DNA of 63,990 bases, the filler included, from Basidiobolus ranarum (lineage: Eukaryota), in the NCBI GenBank assembly GCA_040143965.1. It is 5 parts of 5 records of this genome, joined end to end, with 100 filler letters (N's around TTAATTAATTAA, not from the genome) between each part and the next. Parts side by side here need not be neighbours in the genome. Positions count along the whole stretch, not along the records: positions 52,427 to 63,990 come from JASJQH010007479.1; 4 more parts are not named here. One strand, 5' to 3'. The position numbers were made by a program, and so were the translations under genes. Below, piece after piece: positions 52,427-63,990 of this stretch; positions within the stretch are counted from its first letter, which is position 1, and the number at the start of each line of letters is the position of its first letter. The notes below the pieces were generated by a model. The model was not told where the DNA came from. It did not search any database and saw only the letters and a list, made by a program, of their open reading frames with translations.

Positions 52427-53490
52427 GATTTCACCAATGGGGTAGTTCCTGGAACTATGGAGGAGCTTTCTGCCAAGTTTAAGCTTTACAAAGAGGTGGA
52501 AAGTTTAAAAAAGATACTCGTTCCTATGATGAGAGATTCACTATGTAGATATTTTGAACTACTTGGAGAAAGTAAAGAAGAAGCCAAGATAACTCTCATT
52601 GTTTGCTTAAAGGTGGAGTGAATTATTCCTTAGTTTATTTGTATATATGCTAAATATATCTTATAGGACGGTCATCCATTAAGTGCTGTACACGTTTCTC
52701 GATTATCCAGTCCCAAGTCTGGGAGATGCAAGGTGAGAGTGGAGATGATTTATCATATTAATCTCAATATCTATCAACATTAATGCTTCTCTAATACTAG
52801 GTTGCTGTTCATGGAGAGCCTCGTAGCTCACCAAAAATTAAAGACTCTCAGTGGGTAAGGTAAGCGCTACCACTCAATAGCTTCTAATTCATTCAGTAAC
52901 ATATAATTGTTCTCAGAGATCGTCAGTCTATTGAGGAACAACTGCCGTTGGATGTCAACGAAGGCTTACTCTACGATTCAGCCACTGGACATGTGTATGA
53001 GGGACTTAGCTCCAACTTCTTTGCTGTTGTTAAAGATCCTCAAACTGGCCACTCCAAAGTAGTCACTGCTCCTCTCCAACATGTTTTATTGGGAACTATC
53101 ATGAAAGTGGTGATATCTACGTGCGAGAAAACCGGAATTCCCTTAGAATATACTTTTCCCGACCTGAGAGACTTGATATGTAATCAGTGGGAAGGTGCTT
53201 TTATCACAAGTACGTCGATATGAAACTTATCAAATAATTTACTCTTGTATCGACCGTTTATTTGACTTCTCTTTATTAGGCACTTCTAGACTAGTTTTGC
53301 CCATTGAGACTGTAGAATTTGCCGACGGAAGGTCAGTTACTAATAACATATTGACTATCCTAAAGAACATTTCTCAAACTCAACTTTACTTATTAGCCCA
53401 TCAGTTCAACTTGGAGTAAGCCCAACAGTTGAATTAATCCGCAAGGAAGTAGAGAAAGATATTTATACCAGGTCACATAAAATCCTATAA
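52427..53490 (+). CDS. Class IV (fold-type IV PLP) aminotransferase-like protein, multi-exon, 5'-truncated
   Basis: Spliced motifs KIKDSQWVR, VNEGLL, EGLSSNFFAV, VLLGTI, EGAFITSTSRLVLPIE; several short GT-AG introns; stop at 53488-53490. Confidence 0.8.
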
Positions 53491-53811
53491 ATCGTGAATT
53501 CAATAAATCATAGTAATTCAATGAAAGAAAATCTAGTTGTCAATAATATCAAACCTTAGAACTCACCCTAATATTCAGAAATGCCCACCCTAGAATTCCT
53601 ACTTGCACGATAAACGAATCAATATATTACAGCCCTGCTAAGGATGATTTAAATGAATTCCATCCAATCGTTGTTTGACAACCCGAAGTACTAGATATTA
53701 GATTGAAAGAAGTCAACGTTGTCTACTTATCAACGTTAGTACAGACTCAGTGTGCTTTGTTCAGACTCTACTCTTTCGAAGCAAATACTCCCTTGATAAA
53801 GTACTCTCAAA

Positions 53812-54502
53812 ATGTCTATTGTACTAGCCACAGGTTATGTAGCCGGGTGGGCTGTTATGTTTGGTACTTTTGTTGCCTGTTACCATCGTAGAAAGGCTTT
53901 AGGTAAATATATATTATTTAATAACCATTTCTAGGTGTACTTCCGGATGTGTCAGTTTTACTCATACATTGCTTTCTTCGATAGTTAGAAACAAATTGGA
54001 CCCTTGGTTCCCACAGCACACTACCCGTGATCATTACTACGCCCTTGTGGAGCTAAAGCCAGAGGCTGATGAGTTCCAATTAAAGGCAGCTTTATTACGT
54101 CGTGCTATGACCGATGTTGAGCGTATTATGGAGCTTCAAAACAACAAAGGACCTCTTCAACAATTGGTCAAGACAGGAGCCATCGGGGAGGATGTATGGA
54201 ATCAGTTTGAAGCAGCTGAAAAAGATATGGAAGGTGAACTTATGGAGGTAGTCCATGAGGCTAACACCTTCAAGGAAGGTTGGGGTCAACAAATTTTCCC
54301 CCAGGCTTCGGATATGTTAGCACACGAACGTCAAAAGACTTTACGTAAAGAACTTAACGAACAAATGTTGGCCGAACAAGAAGTTAGACTTCGTTTTGAA
54401 GCCAAGGATCAAGTACGTCGTGAACAGGAGTCTAAAAAAGCTTACGAAGAATTGATGCGTGAGGAGTCTAAGGCTGCTGGTAAGATGAAGGCAAAGAATT
54501 AA
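53812..54502 (+). CDS. SEC66: ER translocon subunit Sec66 (Sec71); exons 53812-53902 and 53985-54502
   Basis: N-terminal TM exon (MSIVLATGYVAGWAVMFGTFVACYHRRK), then LKAALLRRA, GAIGEDVWNQFEAAEKDME, EANTFKEGWGQQIF. Confidence 0.88.
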
Positions 54503-55164
54503 GGAGTAAACTACTCTCCCAAACACCATCTTGATGGACCAACCTTTATTAATCACCTTCCTCTACGCAAAAGGAATACATACACTTACCTTAAAATGAT
54601 ATGTAGAATAAGTACCCACTTTCCTTTAGTCATATTTCACTATCTATTTAGTGGTTTCAATCTTGATTCCACTTTATTTAGTGGATGTTATAATTAGTTC
54701 TCACTCACTCTCTCGAAATCATTTACCGACATCTCGTTACTCTACTTTGTTACGTATTCAAATAAATCACCGTTGACTGTGAGATGTACTTTCTTATTCT
54801 CCTACTTGGGACAACTGACTTCAGATAATACATTAGCTTTACTGAATCTCACAAATAAACAATTTTGTAAAGGAAAAGAGCGAGCTAATCGAATATCTAA
54901 GGAAAACTTATCGAACAGTCAATGGAGCTCGCTAAGAGGAATTACGTGAATTACAATTAAAAATGTTCAATGAGGGATCGAGAGTAATGGTGGAAGGTAA
55001 GAGCGATTATTGTTGTATATAAATGTGATACGGGAACTATAAAATACAAGGATTAGAGGGAGGCCATAGTGACGGTATTAGATGGAGGTAAGAAAAGGCC
55101 GATAGAGATGATGGTATGTGAAGCTATTCGGTTGATTTTGGAGGTATGCAGAATTGGGTGAAAT

Positions 55165-56669
55165 TCAAACTTTGACTGGTGGCTCGCCAATCTCTTGCAT
55201 GATTTGAATTAAGTTACCTCGTGGAACGTTTCCCTCATCACGAGGGACAAGTCTAGGCTTGTTTGGATTCTTTACCTAAAAAAATGGAGGATGTTAATTG
55301 AAAACTCCACTTGATTTCTCTTTCTTATGTTAATTACCTCTATTGTGTGTAACCGGTTAGACGTCAAGCTGATTTTCAAAGTTTCTGTGGAATTAATCAA
55401 GGCTTCGAAATTCTTCGCTTTTTCCGGGTCAACCTTAAATTAGAAATATTTAGTACCTTGCATACATGCATATATTCATGCATGAACTTACCGGTGATGG
55501 ACTACCACATCTGGTTCTATTGACTTCTGGTATTTGGAGACTTAAAGGAGAAGTTCCAGCGTCTGGCGACTTGGAGAGGCTAACCTTTGAATTCTGTCGA
55601 CTACTGAATAGAAAATCTTCAATAGAAGAGCGAGGCGAGGTAAAACTAGAGGAGATAGGTATTCCTTTAGAGCGACTCGCTTTAAATCCCCCAAATATCT
55701 TGGCAAAAGCACCACGATCACGTCCTCTAGAAGACTCGTCAGAGCTTCGTGGGCTCATATCTTCATCACAATCAAAGTCAGATAGACTATCAATCTCTTG
55801 AGAATCGACACTTGATTCTAAAGAAAGAATACGTTAAGTCGCTACATCCTCAAGTTATGATCTAGATATGAACTTTACCAGTTGATCTTTCAAATTTGGG
55901 ACCAAAACGTTCAGCTCGCTTAACCTAAAAACCGAAAAGAAGTCAGAATAGTGAAATGACTCAAATGTTACTGTGAGCATTACTTACCTCTATGGAATCA
56001 ACCAAACCCGATCTAGTATAGATACCACGTGTTTCTTGATTATTTTTAATCACTTCTTCAAACATTTTGCTATCCACATATTCTACCTGACCACTTCTTG
56101 CTAATAATATACCGTCAACTATCAAGAACGTAGCAATATGTTCCATGATTCCACAAAGAAAAGCTGCAGTCTTGGAAGTGATCAATGTATGTCCTTTGGA
56201 TACGAAACTACAACTAGTACCCATGGTATTATAGGTTGAACACTGAGCACGAACATATTCCACGATGGTTGACAAGGGAAGTTGTCCTTGAGGGAAATCT
56301 CGAGGATCACTCTTTAAATTCACTTGAGTTAAGAAGCCTTCCCCATGTGCTATTGCGTTGACTGCCAAAGAACCATGGTTACAAAGACGACGTAATGTTG
56401 TAGGAAGTTTTGTGTAGCAAAGTTTATGGTCGGGGGATGTCTTTACCAATACGTATAGAACTTCGTCTAGGAATAGGTTGAGAAGCTGAATAGAAGTTCT
56501 GGAGATTTTGAAGGATCCGTATTTACTAGCCACTGCTCGCGCCGAACGAGAAGAGACAAATAGAAAGTCGGAAACTAAAAGGGATCGAATACATCATATT
56601 AGGCACAAGTCCAATAACGCATTACCCAAAGATGCAACTAAAAATACCTTTCGTATGAGCCACGGTCAT
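55165..56669 (-). CDS. Uncharacterised fungal protein with N-terminal histone-fold-like region, ~6 exons
   Basis: Spliced: MTVAHTK/VSDFLFVSSRSA..LLNLFLDEVLY..AAFLCGIMEHIA; Ser-rich middle; FEALINSTETLKISLTSNRLHTIE; TGA at 55165-55167; canonical introns. Confidence 0.7.
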
Positions 56670-57404
56670 TGGTTATAAGAATATGTTTACAAGCAAGGGA
56701 TAGAATAAAATTGGATGTATAGACAGAGAAGGATATCAACAGGAAAGTTTCTCTCCAAGGATTAATGTTCAAGCCTAGAAATATCAAAAAGCAAAAGGTT
56801 CAAGATGATTGTCTTTTAAAGTTCCCAGCAATTTACGATTCAGATTTTGAAAAGAAGGTTGTATCTCGAAGTCACCTGATTTCCTCCTGAGTCCGAATGA
56901 AGGTTCATGTCGCACAGAATTATATGACCATGACCATATTTGGTGAGACTTTTAATTGGTCCTACCACCTTCTCTATACAAAGACTAGACGGGATGGAGT
57001 GATTGGAGATGGCACTTGTGCTCTACATTTGTATAACCAAAGGGCTAAAGCTGGAACAGTGGGACGCACCATCAAAATTACTCTAGAATATCGAATGGTT
57101 GGCTGGAATGTTATGCGATGGATACGGTATATCAACGGCTCATCCATCAACGATCATTTTCGATTACAACTAGAGCGAACCAATTAAGCATCTGCTACGT
57201 ATCCATGAACAATCAGTGATCTTCACCTTGTCTCGTCATGAGTGATATGTCACCTATTTAGGAATGGTACTGCAAATCTTCAAAATGAAGTGGATATTGC
57301 GGCTAATATCGATATAAAGTGGATATTTTATTACTGCTAATACCGATGCACAGTACAACTTAGTGGAATGCTTCAAAATTAAACTAGAAAGGCCATGATT
57401 ATTG

Positions 57405-60359
57405 TTAAATTGCTTTCGTCTCAACTGCATCTTCCAGGATGCCGAGTTCATGCTTGATCTGAGATGTATGTCGATCTCGTTTGACTTGCACTACCGAGCG
57501 CTTAATGTAAGGCTTCAAAGTAACAAGTGCAGTCTATAAATACAAATCAACTAGTTAATGCACGAACCTAGTTTGAGGAGGTGAACATGATTTTACCTTT
57601 ATCAACAGATCTACTTGGTATGTACTGAAAGTCATCGATTTGAGATAGCCATACATACTAGCACTCGTCTGGCATTTCAATAGGGTCTTCTCATTGATCT
57701 TCAGCAAGGCAATTGCCACTCGAAAGAGGGTAATCATACCCTGAATGAAAAAAATATCCCAAACTCGAAACAGCGTCTCTACCGGAAAACAATCAGTGTA
57801 GATCGATAAGAACCAACTGAATGTCACTGCTCCGAGATCTACCCCCAGTTTATGGAAATGTTCGTCTAAACGAGGTAAAATCTCTTTGACCAGTTCTTTT
57901 AGTACACGTTGGTCAGCTTGTGATACCAGTAGCTGTCCGGTATAATAATCTGGTGGAAGAATATGCTCTATTATACACACTAGCGTCCAGAATGCATCCT
58001 CTTCGTTCGACTGAGTTAGTAATAGTGTGGCTGCAATCAGGTTCATTCCTTGACAGTATCCAATAGATGGATTATGCCTATAGAATACAGTAATGAATCA
58101 ACTAAAAGATCAGCTTCCTAGAGAACGTTTCGAATCTTACCAACTGTAGGCCACGAGGATTCTCCGTAGCTTTTCCACACCGTTCCCATTTTCTCCAAAA
58201 AATACATTGTTGGGAAGCGTTCGATGTAAATCCTTATGATATGAAAGATTATCTTAGTTGATTTGCTATTATATAATCGACTAGTACGAAGAAAAGAAAG
58301 AAGATGGGAGGAGTAAACAGATGGGTACATAGTGTGCCATTGAACATATAATACATACCAACTCTATCTGTTCTAAAAATACGGATTCTTGGTTTTCATG
58401 TCGAACCAAAAGTTCGGAATAATATCCTGGCTCCTTGCGATCATATGCACCAGAGCACTCTCCCCAGACTTTAGCTCGATACACTACTGGGACGCCGGCA
58501 TGAACTAATTTCTTGAATTCTTTGTACTCAACCTCACCCATCCCGGCCAAGCCTAACCCTTCAACTATGACTGTCTCACCATCACCATTGATCTCTTTAG
58601 CCAAAGCTGCTTTTCTTCGCTCGATGAATATTTCCCATTTGTCTTTCTGAGGAGCCTGAGGAGTATCATGAGTATCTATCAATTGTGAAAGTGACACATG
58701 GACGGGCGGGTTATGGGCAACGTCTTTGGTTAAGGTAGTTGTGGTCGGGGAGAAGGTTGGTGAGTTGGGAGGGGGGTGGATGATGGGTCCTGGATTTCCA
58801 ACTGAGCTAGGTAATGAAGAATCAAAATAAAAGCCATAGCAATCAGTAGGATATGTCATTTCTTGTTTGACAAGAGATAGCTGGGAGTATCGGTTGATAG
58901 GCTTCAGTTCCACTAGTGTAGCCTTATCTTGACTTTTTGGAGGGTTGACTGGAGGTTTTGTTGCAGAGTTGACTTCTAGTAAACTCTCCTTCGCTTTTGT
59001 ATGGCCCATCTCCGAGCTTATAGATATCTCATCAACAGTAGTACGATCATCAAGCTCAAAATCATCAAGATATATCGAATTTCTAGATCTTACGCTCAAT
59101 TCTCGACAAAAGGTGGCTTCTTTAACCGCAAATGTGTTGAAAACACTAGGTCTTCGCTTTTTCTCGCCACTTAAAAGGCCTACCGTCCATCTAGCGATTA
59201 GGGCCGATGTACCTTTCGAGTTCGTATAAAGTTTACTAGATGTAGTTCCATCTACATTCAGTAATCTGGCCGCAAGCATAATAGCCTTGTAATGAAGAGG
59301 TTGTGGCATGATTTCTGATGGTGGCAAGTCATCTGGCAATTGAGCTTGATAAGAATCTTCTTTCCAATCTAATTTATCTTCAACTATAGTCGAATAGGGA
59401 TTATGAGAAACCGTAGATTTAGTCTCATTCTCAGTAGGGTTTTGGTATTCGCTTTGACCTGATGAACCGTAGTTTACTTCATTAGTTGCTTTGGTCGTGT
59501 CTTCACCCACATTTTGAGTTTGCTTAGATTTCCAGTGAAGGAGACCTACCGTCCATTTCTCTATAGACGCTCGCACTGGCACTTGAAATCGAGGAGAGCG
59601 AAGTGGAGAAGGTAGACTGTTGAATTTTGGGGAATTTCTTGTGTGAGGTAGTTGTGTGGAGGAGGAAGATAATGAACTAGACCTGCGAGAAGGAGTTCTA
59701 GGCGCTGGTGGTGAGGATACTTGGGGTTGATAAGTTTCTGGCGAGAAATTTTGCGTACGAGAATCAAGAAACCATTCCGAGTCTGTATCAGGCTCAATTT
59801 CTAGTTGCTTTTCAATGGTATCATTAAATGAATGTTTATGGGTGTGTTTGTTAAGGTACGGATCGCTGGTAGAGTGCTTTAATCTTGACCATTCCTCTCG
59901 AAGATTCTTAATTTCCACATCTTTTTCTGCTATAAGAGTATGAGCTCGACGGAGATCGGAACAGCAGGATTTAAAGATGCGTCGAATGAGAGCAGGCGAA
60001 CTTGTTGTTATTAACTTGGTAAGCGTAGCATCGGAAAGTAGATGAATATTCGAAAATGGTAACTGAGAATCTATATCCGATTCATCTTCCAAACTTTGAA
60101 GGTCCGAATCTTGAGTACTCACTGAGAAAGGGCGACTATATCTTTGACTCCTGAAATCTACAGAGCCAGTGAAACTACAACTGTCACTTATAGAGTCAAG
60201 ATCCAAGGGTCTATCACTTTCAGTATCAGACTCCGATAGAGGGTGTTTGTCGGTTGCCTTCGACAACAAGCAGGTTAAAGGAGAAGTTAGCAAGTTAGTA
60301 TTTCCCTCACATGCAGTAGCTCCTAAATTCGAAGAAATAAGCGAACCAGATATGGACAT
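57405..60359 (-). CDS. TBC-domain Rab GTPase-activating protein, multi-exon
   Basis: GVPVVYRAKVWGECSGA, QIELDLHRTLPNN, IGYCQGMNLIAATLLL, EEDAFW, FSWFLSIY, RVWDIFF; long low-complexity N-terminus with a coiled coil. Confidence 0.92.
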
Positions 60360-61480
60360 AACTATTTGCTAGAGAGTGGTATTTCCACAGTCGGACCAGA
60401 GCTAACAGAGTTATGTTTGGAGTATATTGATTATTTCAAAATGTAAAATCCCCCTCGATTACTAGCGCAGCTAAACTACACCGTAGTCAAAATTGATCCC
60501 TTATTTTTTTTCTATACCAATGACTTTGAAGGAAGGAAACTAGTATGCTTTATGGGTGGAGAAGAAAGACCAGAAAAATGCTAAATATTATAAGATGAGG
60601 CAAAACTTAAAGAATAAGAGAGAAGATGGAGAGGAGTTTAATGTCAACTATCGGTGCAAATGAATGTCAAGATTAGAGGCTATTTAGCGACAAGCAGTAG
60701 AAACCAGTAAGGGCAAAGAGGCGAAATGTCCAGTCTAAAATTTGCATACAATATTCATGGTTTTCGTTCTAATTCCTACTGAACGGTTGATATCCGTAGG
60801 GCGTAAGAATACAAAAAAGTCAATATTAACTGAAAGTATGAGAGAGGGTTCGACAAGTACGAAAAGGTGAAAAGGGGCTTCCGTTTGAGAAGTCCCTATT
60901 TTGTGCTTTCAATCTTACATGAGATAAATATTTTGTTAATGCAGATGGAATTTAGAGGGCCTATAACATCATTCCCAATTAGATTAAATATCGAACCTTG
61001 ATCAACGGAAATCAACGGAAAATACTTGAAAACAATCAATCAATGACCGAATCATGAGAACCATAACTACAATCAATCATGTCATTCATACAAACATCCC
61101 ATACACCACACTCCCACACATTATTTCTAAATCGATTGTACCCTTTTTAGAGAGAACCGTTGAACATATTTTCTTCCATTACCAGTGATTGAAAACAGAT
61201 ACTGAGACCATCTGTAAACTGAGATCAATCGTTATAATTCTATAGCAACAGTGGTCAACGAACCTCAAACATACAACAATGAACGTGCAGAGATTTTCTT
61301 GAGTAACAAGAGGATGCTTCGAAATGAGGGGGATTTGGAGAAAGTTGTTGTTCAACATAAAGAATAACACAAGAGAGATATAAAAATAGGAATGCTATTA
61401 ATGTTTAAGGTTGGACCATGTTCGATTGTTTTATTTCAGATATAATAAAGAAGCTAATCTAATTAAAGTACTGGAGTACT

Positions 61481-62972
61481 TTAGAGCTCCAAGGCTTTGA
61501 TTGCCATTTGAAGTGCACCATCCTTGGTTTTATTACCTCCAATAAATCCACTGTGATGAACAAACACACAACCCTATATGTGCATAGTGCCTCGGTTAAA
61601 TATTGGAATGATATACAGATATTCGTCGGTTAACTAACCTCAATTTGTGATCTTTCAGAGAGTTCACTATCACGGTATCCACGCCATGATTCAGGAAGAG
61701 GACGACGGGACTCGAAGGAGTTAGGAGAGACGGGTACAGCTTGAATTCTATAGGATTCATCACGACCATCAGGGAATAATACATACAGAGGTTTGTCTTC
61801 GATGGCTTTTTCTTTCTCAATTTCGAATAAATGCTCCTAAAGAAAGTATGAATATTGAAACCATCCATGGAGAACATCGTCAACCTAACCAACCTTCCAA
61901 GGGCAAGGGCTATCAAGAATCAGAATTTGACCACTGTTGTGAATTTCGAAGCGAGTGTCAAGTGCTTTAACAACAAGATCACGAGCTGGTAACCAGGCAA
62001 GTCCGAGGAATCGAAGTCTATCGATGAACTCTTTTCCTGCTAGCTCCATGGCTTGTTCGAAACGAGACTAGGTTATGTTAGTTAAGATCAAGTTATGAGT
62101 TAAAGATGAAAGGTTCTTATCAGGGCACTTTACATCAATATCGACATCAGTTTGGTTCCACCATGGATTCAAGCGCCCAACACGAGCAGCAAGGCCAGTC
62201 TTTTCTTCGTATTTTGGCGCAATATCTTGAGGGTATTGTGAGATTCCATTATCAATGCCGTCCAAAGCTTCCACGAAATTCTTATTAAAGTTGATAAATA
62301 TCAGAGCATACGATACTTATGAAGAATCGACCAACCTTGTACATCTTCTGATACAAAATTTCCACACTTGGGTTTTCTTTCGATAAATCCAGTTGCTTGG
62401 CAATGATTTCCTTTCCAAAATGCCTGGAATGAAAGAGTAAGTGCATATTTCTTAACAGATCAATTCATACTAAAAGTTTTTACTTGTATATCAAACCGGC
62501 ACTACTCAGCTTGGTTTGGTAATCACTGGAAAATACTTCTAGAAATCCGCGCTAAAGTAAAGGTTACTTCAAGATCATAAAGAATAGTTTCCTTGCGAAA
62601 CTAACCTGGTGATGATCAAAGCGAAGGTTTTCGGGCTTATATTCACCACCAACATCGATGACCGCGTCACATTCAGCTAATACAGCTTGATCACGCGTAC
62701 GGATAATTTCTACGATCCATAAGTAAAATTTCACACTATATAGCTATTAAAGAAACCTACTGGCATCTTCAAAGCCTTCAGTGAGTTTCATCATATATAA
62801 ACCAAGGGCTTCATCACTAAATCCGATAAGTCAGTACAACACAAGGAAGTAACAAGTTAGAGATCAAGTACCAGTGAAAGGATCCATTATGAGTTCCGAT
62901 TGTCTATAAGGAACATTGTTAACTATAAGAACTCGATATTGGTGTTTGATCTTTGAACATTACTTTTGCCAT
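61481..62972 (-). CDS. MYG1: MYG1 (UPF0160) exonuclease/metal-dependent hydrolase, many short exons
   Basis: Spliced [82 protein letters not shown]. Confidence 0.92.
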
Positions 62973-63762
62973 TTTGTATGTATATCTAAAAGGATGAACG
63001 AAGATACTCTCGTGAAAACTGGTGGTTTTGTCAATTTTTTCTTTTTTTGTTTATAATCTCTACTATGCTGGACTGCCAAATCCACAATTTAGTCTAGTGA
63101 TGTCCTTGTTTTTCGCCAATTCTGACAATCTTGATATATATCCTTGCGAGATAATCATTTTAAATGATTTGCTATTATTCAATTAGTGTGATGAGTAAAG
63201 GTACTGAAGGTTGAGATAAAAAACATGATTACAGTAATAAGCTTTATCAAATCTCTGGCAATGCTCAGATTTAAAAATAACCTTCCATTAGATGACAATC
63301 AATAATTATCTAAAGGCACACAATACTAACAGCATATGATTGTTATTCTTGCCTTTGTGATAAATTGATATATGTTGAAAGCATGGGATAGGTTGGATGT
63401 TGCTAGATCAAGTAGAAAAATATATGATTTGCACTTGTTAATACATGATAACAATGATTCACACTCATATTACAAATGAAAATAAATGATTTTAGAGTTA
63501 AGTAGCTAGAGAACTAACCCTACAAAAATTAATTTCAGATGACCTGGATTGGATCCCAATCAAATTGGAAGAATGCTGCCAGAGAAACTTCACAATACCA
63601 TCAACTTGGATTTTGGCTGCTCTTATGTCAATTTCCAATGCTATCATAATGAGATTCCTGTGTTTTTTTGAAGCACATTTATTAACAGCAATTCAATCCC
63701 ATTTCCACAATCCTCATGCTGGATTCCACCTCCTTCTAGCAATAAAATTTTAGCCTTTAGCA

Positions 63763-63990
63763 TGTTGAAATTAGCTTTGCCTAAACACCTATATAGTCAT
63801 ATATAGCTTAGTACTTAGTTATCTTATAATTCACTAAGATATTATCAATTATTCTCAATTGGAACTTACTTAGAATATGTTTACCAACTTAGAAGTTCTC
63901 AGATATATAGATTTTTCAAACTTGTGCTAGAAGCCCCAAACTTTGCACACATGTTCCTGAGACCTTCCTTAACATATTCTACACGTTAGT
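63763..63990 (+). mobile_element. Copia LTR, same family, cut by window end
   Basis: TGTTGAAATTAGCTTTGCCTAAACACCTATATAGTC..., very similar to LTR B at 42074. Confidence 0.92.

Noticed and set aside
63400-63762. Possible LINE C-terminal relic (WILAALMSI, CWIPPPS) next to the last LTR
   Set aside because: Too degenerate to call without a profile search.

Overview
AT-rich eukaryotic DNA with short (~60-110 bp) GT-AG introns. Gene content (alpha-arrestins, Sec66, Kin1-type kinase, Ash1-type GATA factor) points to a fungus, probably an early-diverging one; a Basidiobolus-like zoopagomycete is my guess and is not proven. The window is five contigs (1-13033, 13134-26144, 26245-39237, 39338-52326, 52427-63990) joined by 100-bp N44-TTAATTAATTAA-N44 linkers. 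Their lengths fall monotonically, so they are probably unlinked. Contig 1: two tandem alpha-arrestin paralogues, Ty1/copia remnants and a small CCHC ORF. Contig 2, the highlight, is filled by a tandem array of at least 11 intronless genes/pseudogenes plus one inverted fragment. They encode small secreted proteins: signal peptide + 6-Cys CBM19-like module + His/Asp/Glu/Trp repeat tail, a candidate chitin-tethered metal-binding protein family. Contig 3: Ash1-like GATA factor, possible kinase relic, truncated secreted GH9. Contig 4: nested copia LTR cluster, intronless bacterial-looking secreted M13 peptidase, Kin1-like kinase. Contig 5: class IV aminotransferase-like gene, SEC66, an uncharacterised histone-fold-like protein, a TBC RabGAP, MYG1 and another LTR. 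All assignments are from motif recognition by eye; no searches were run.
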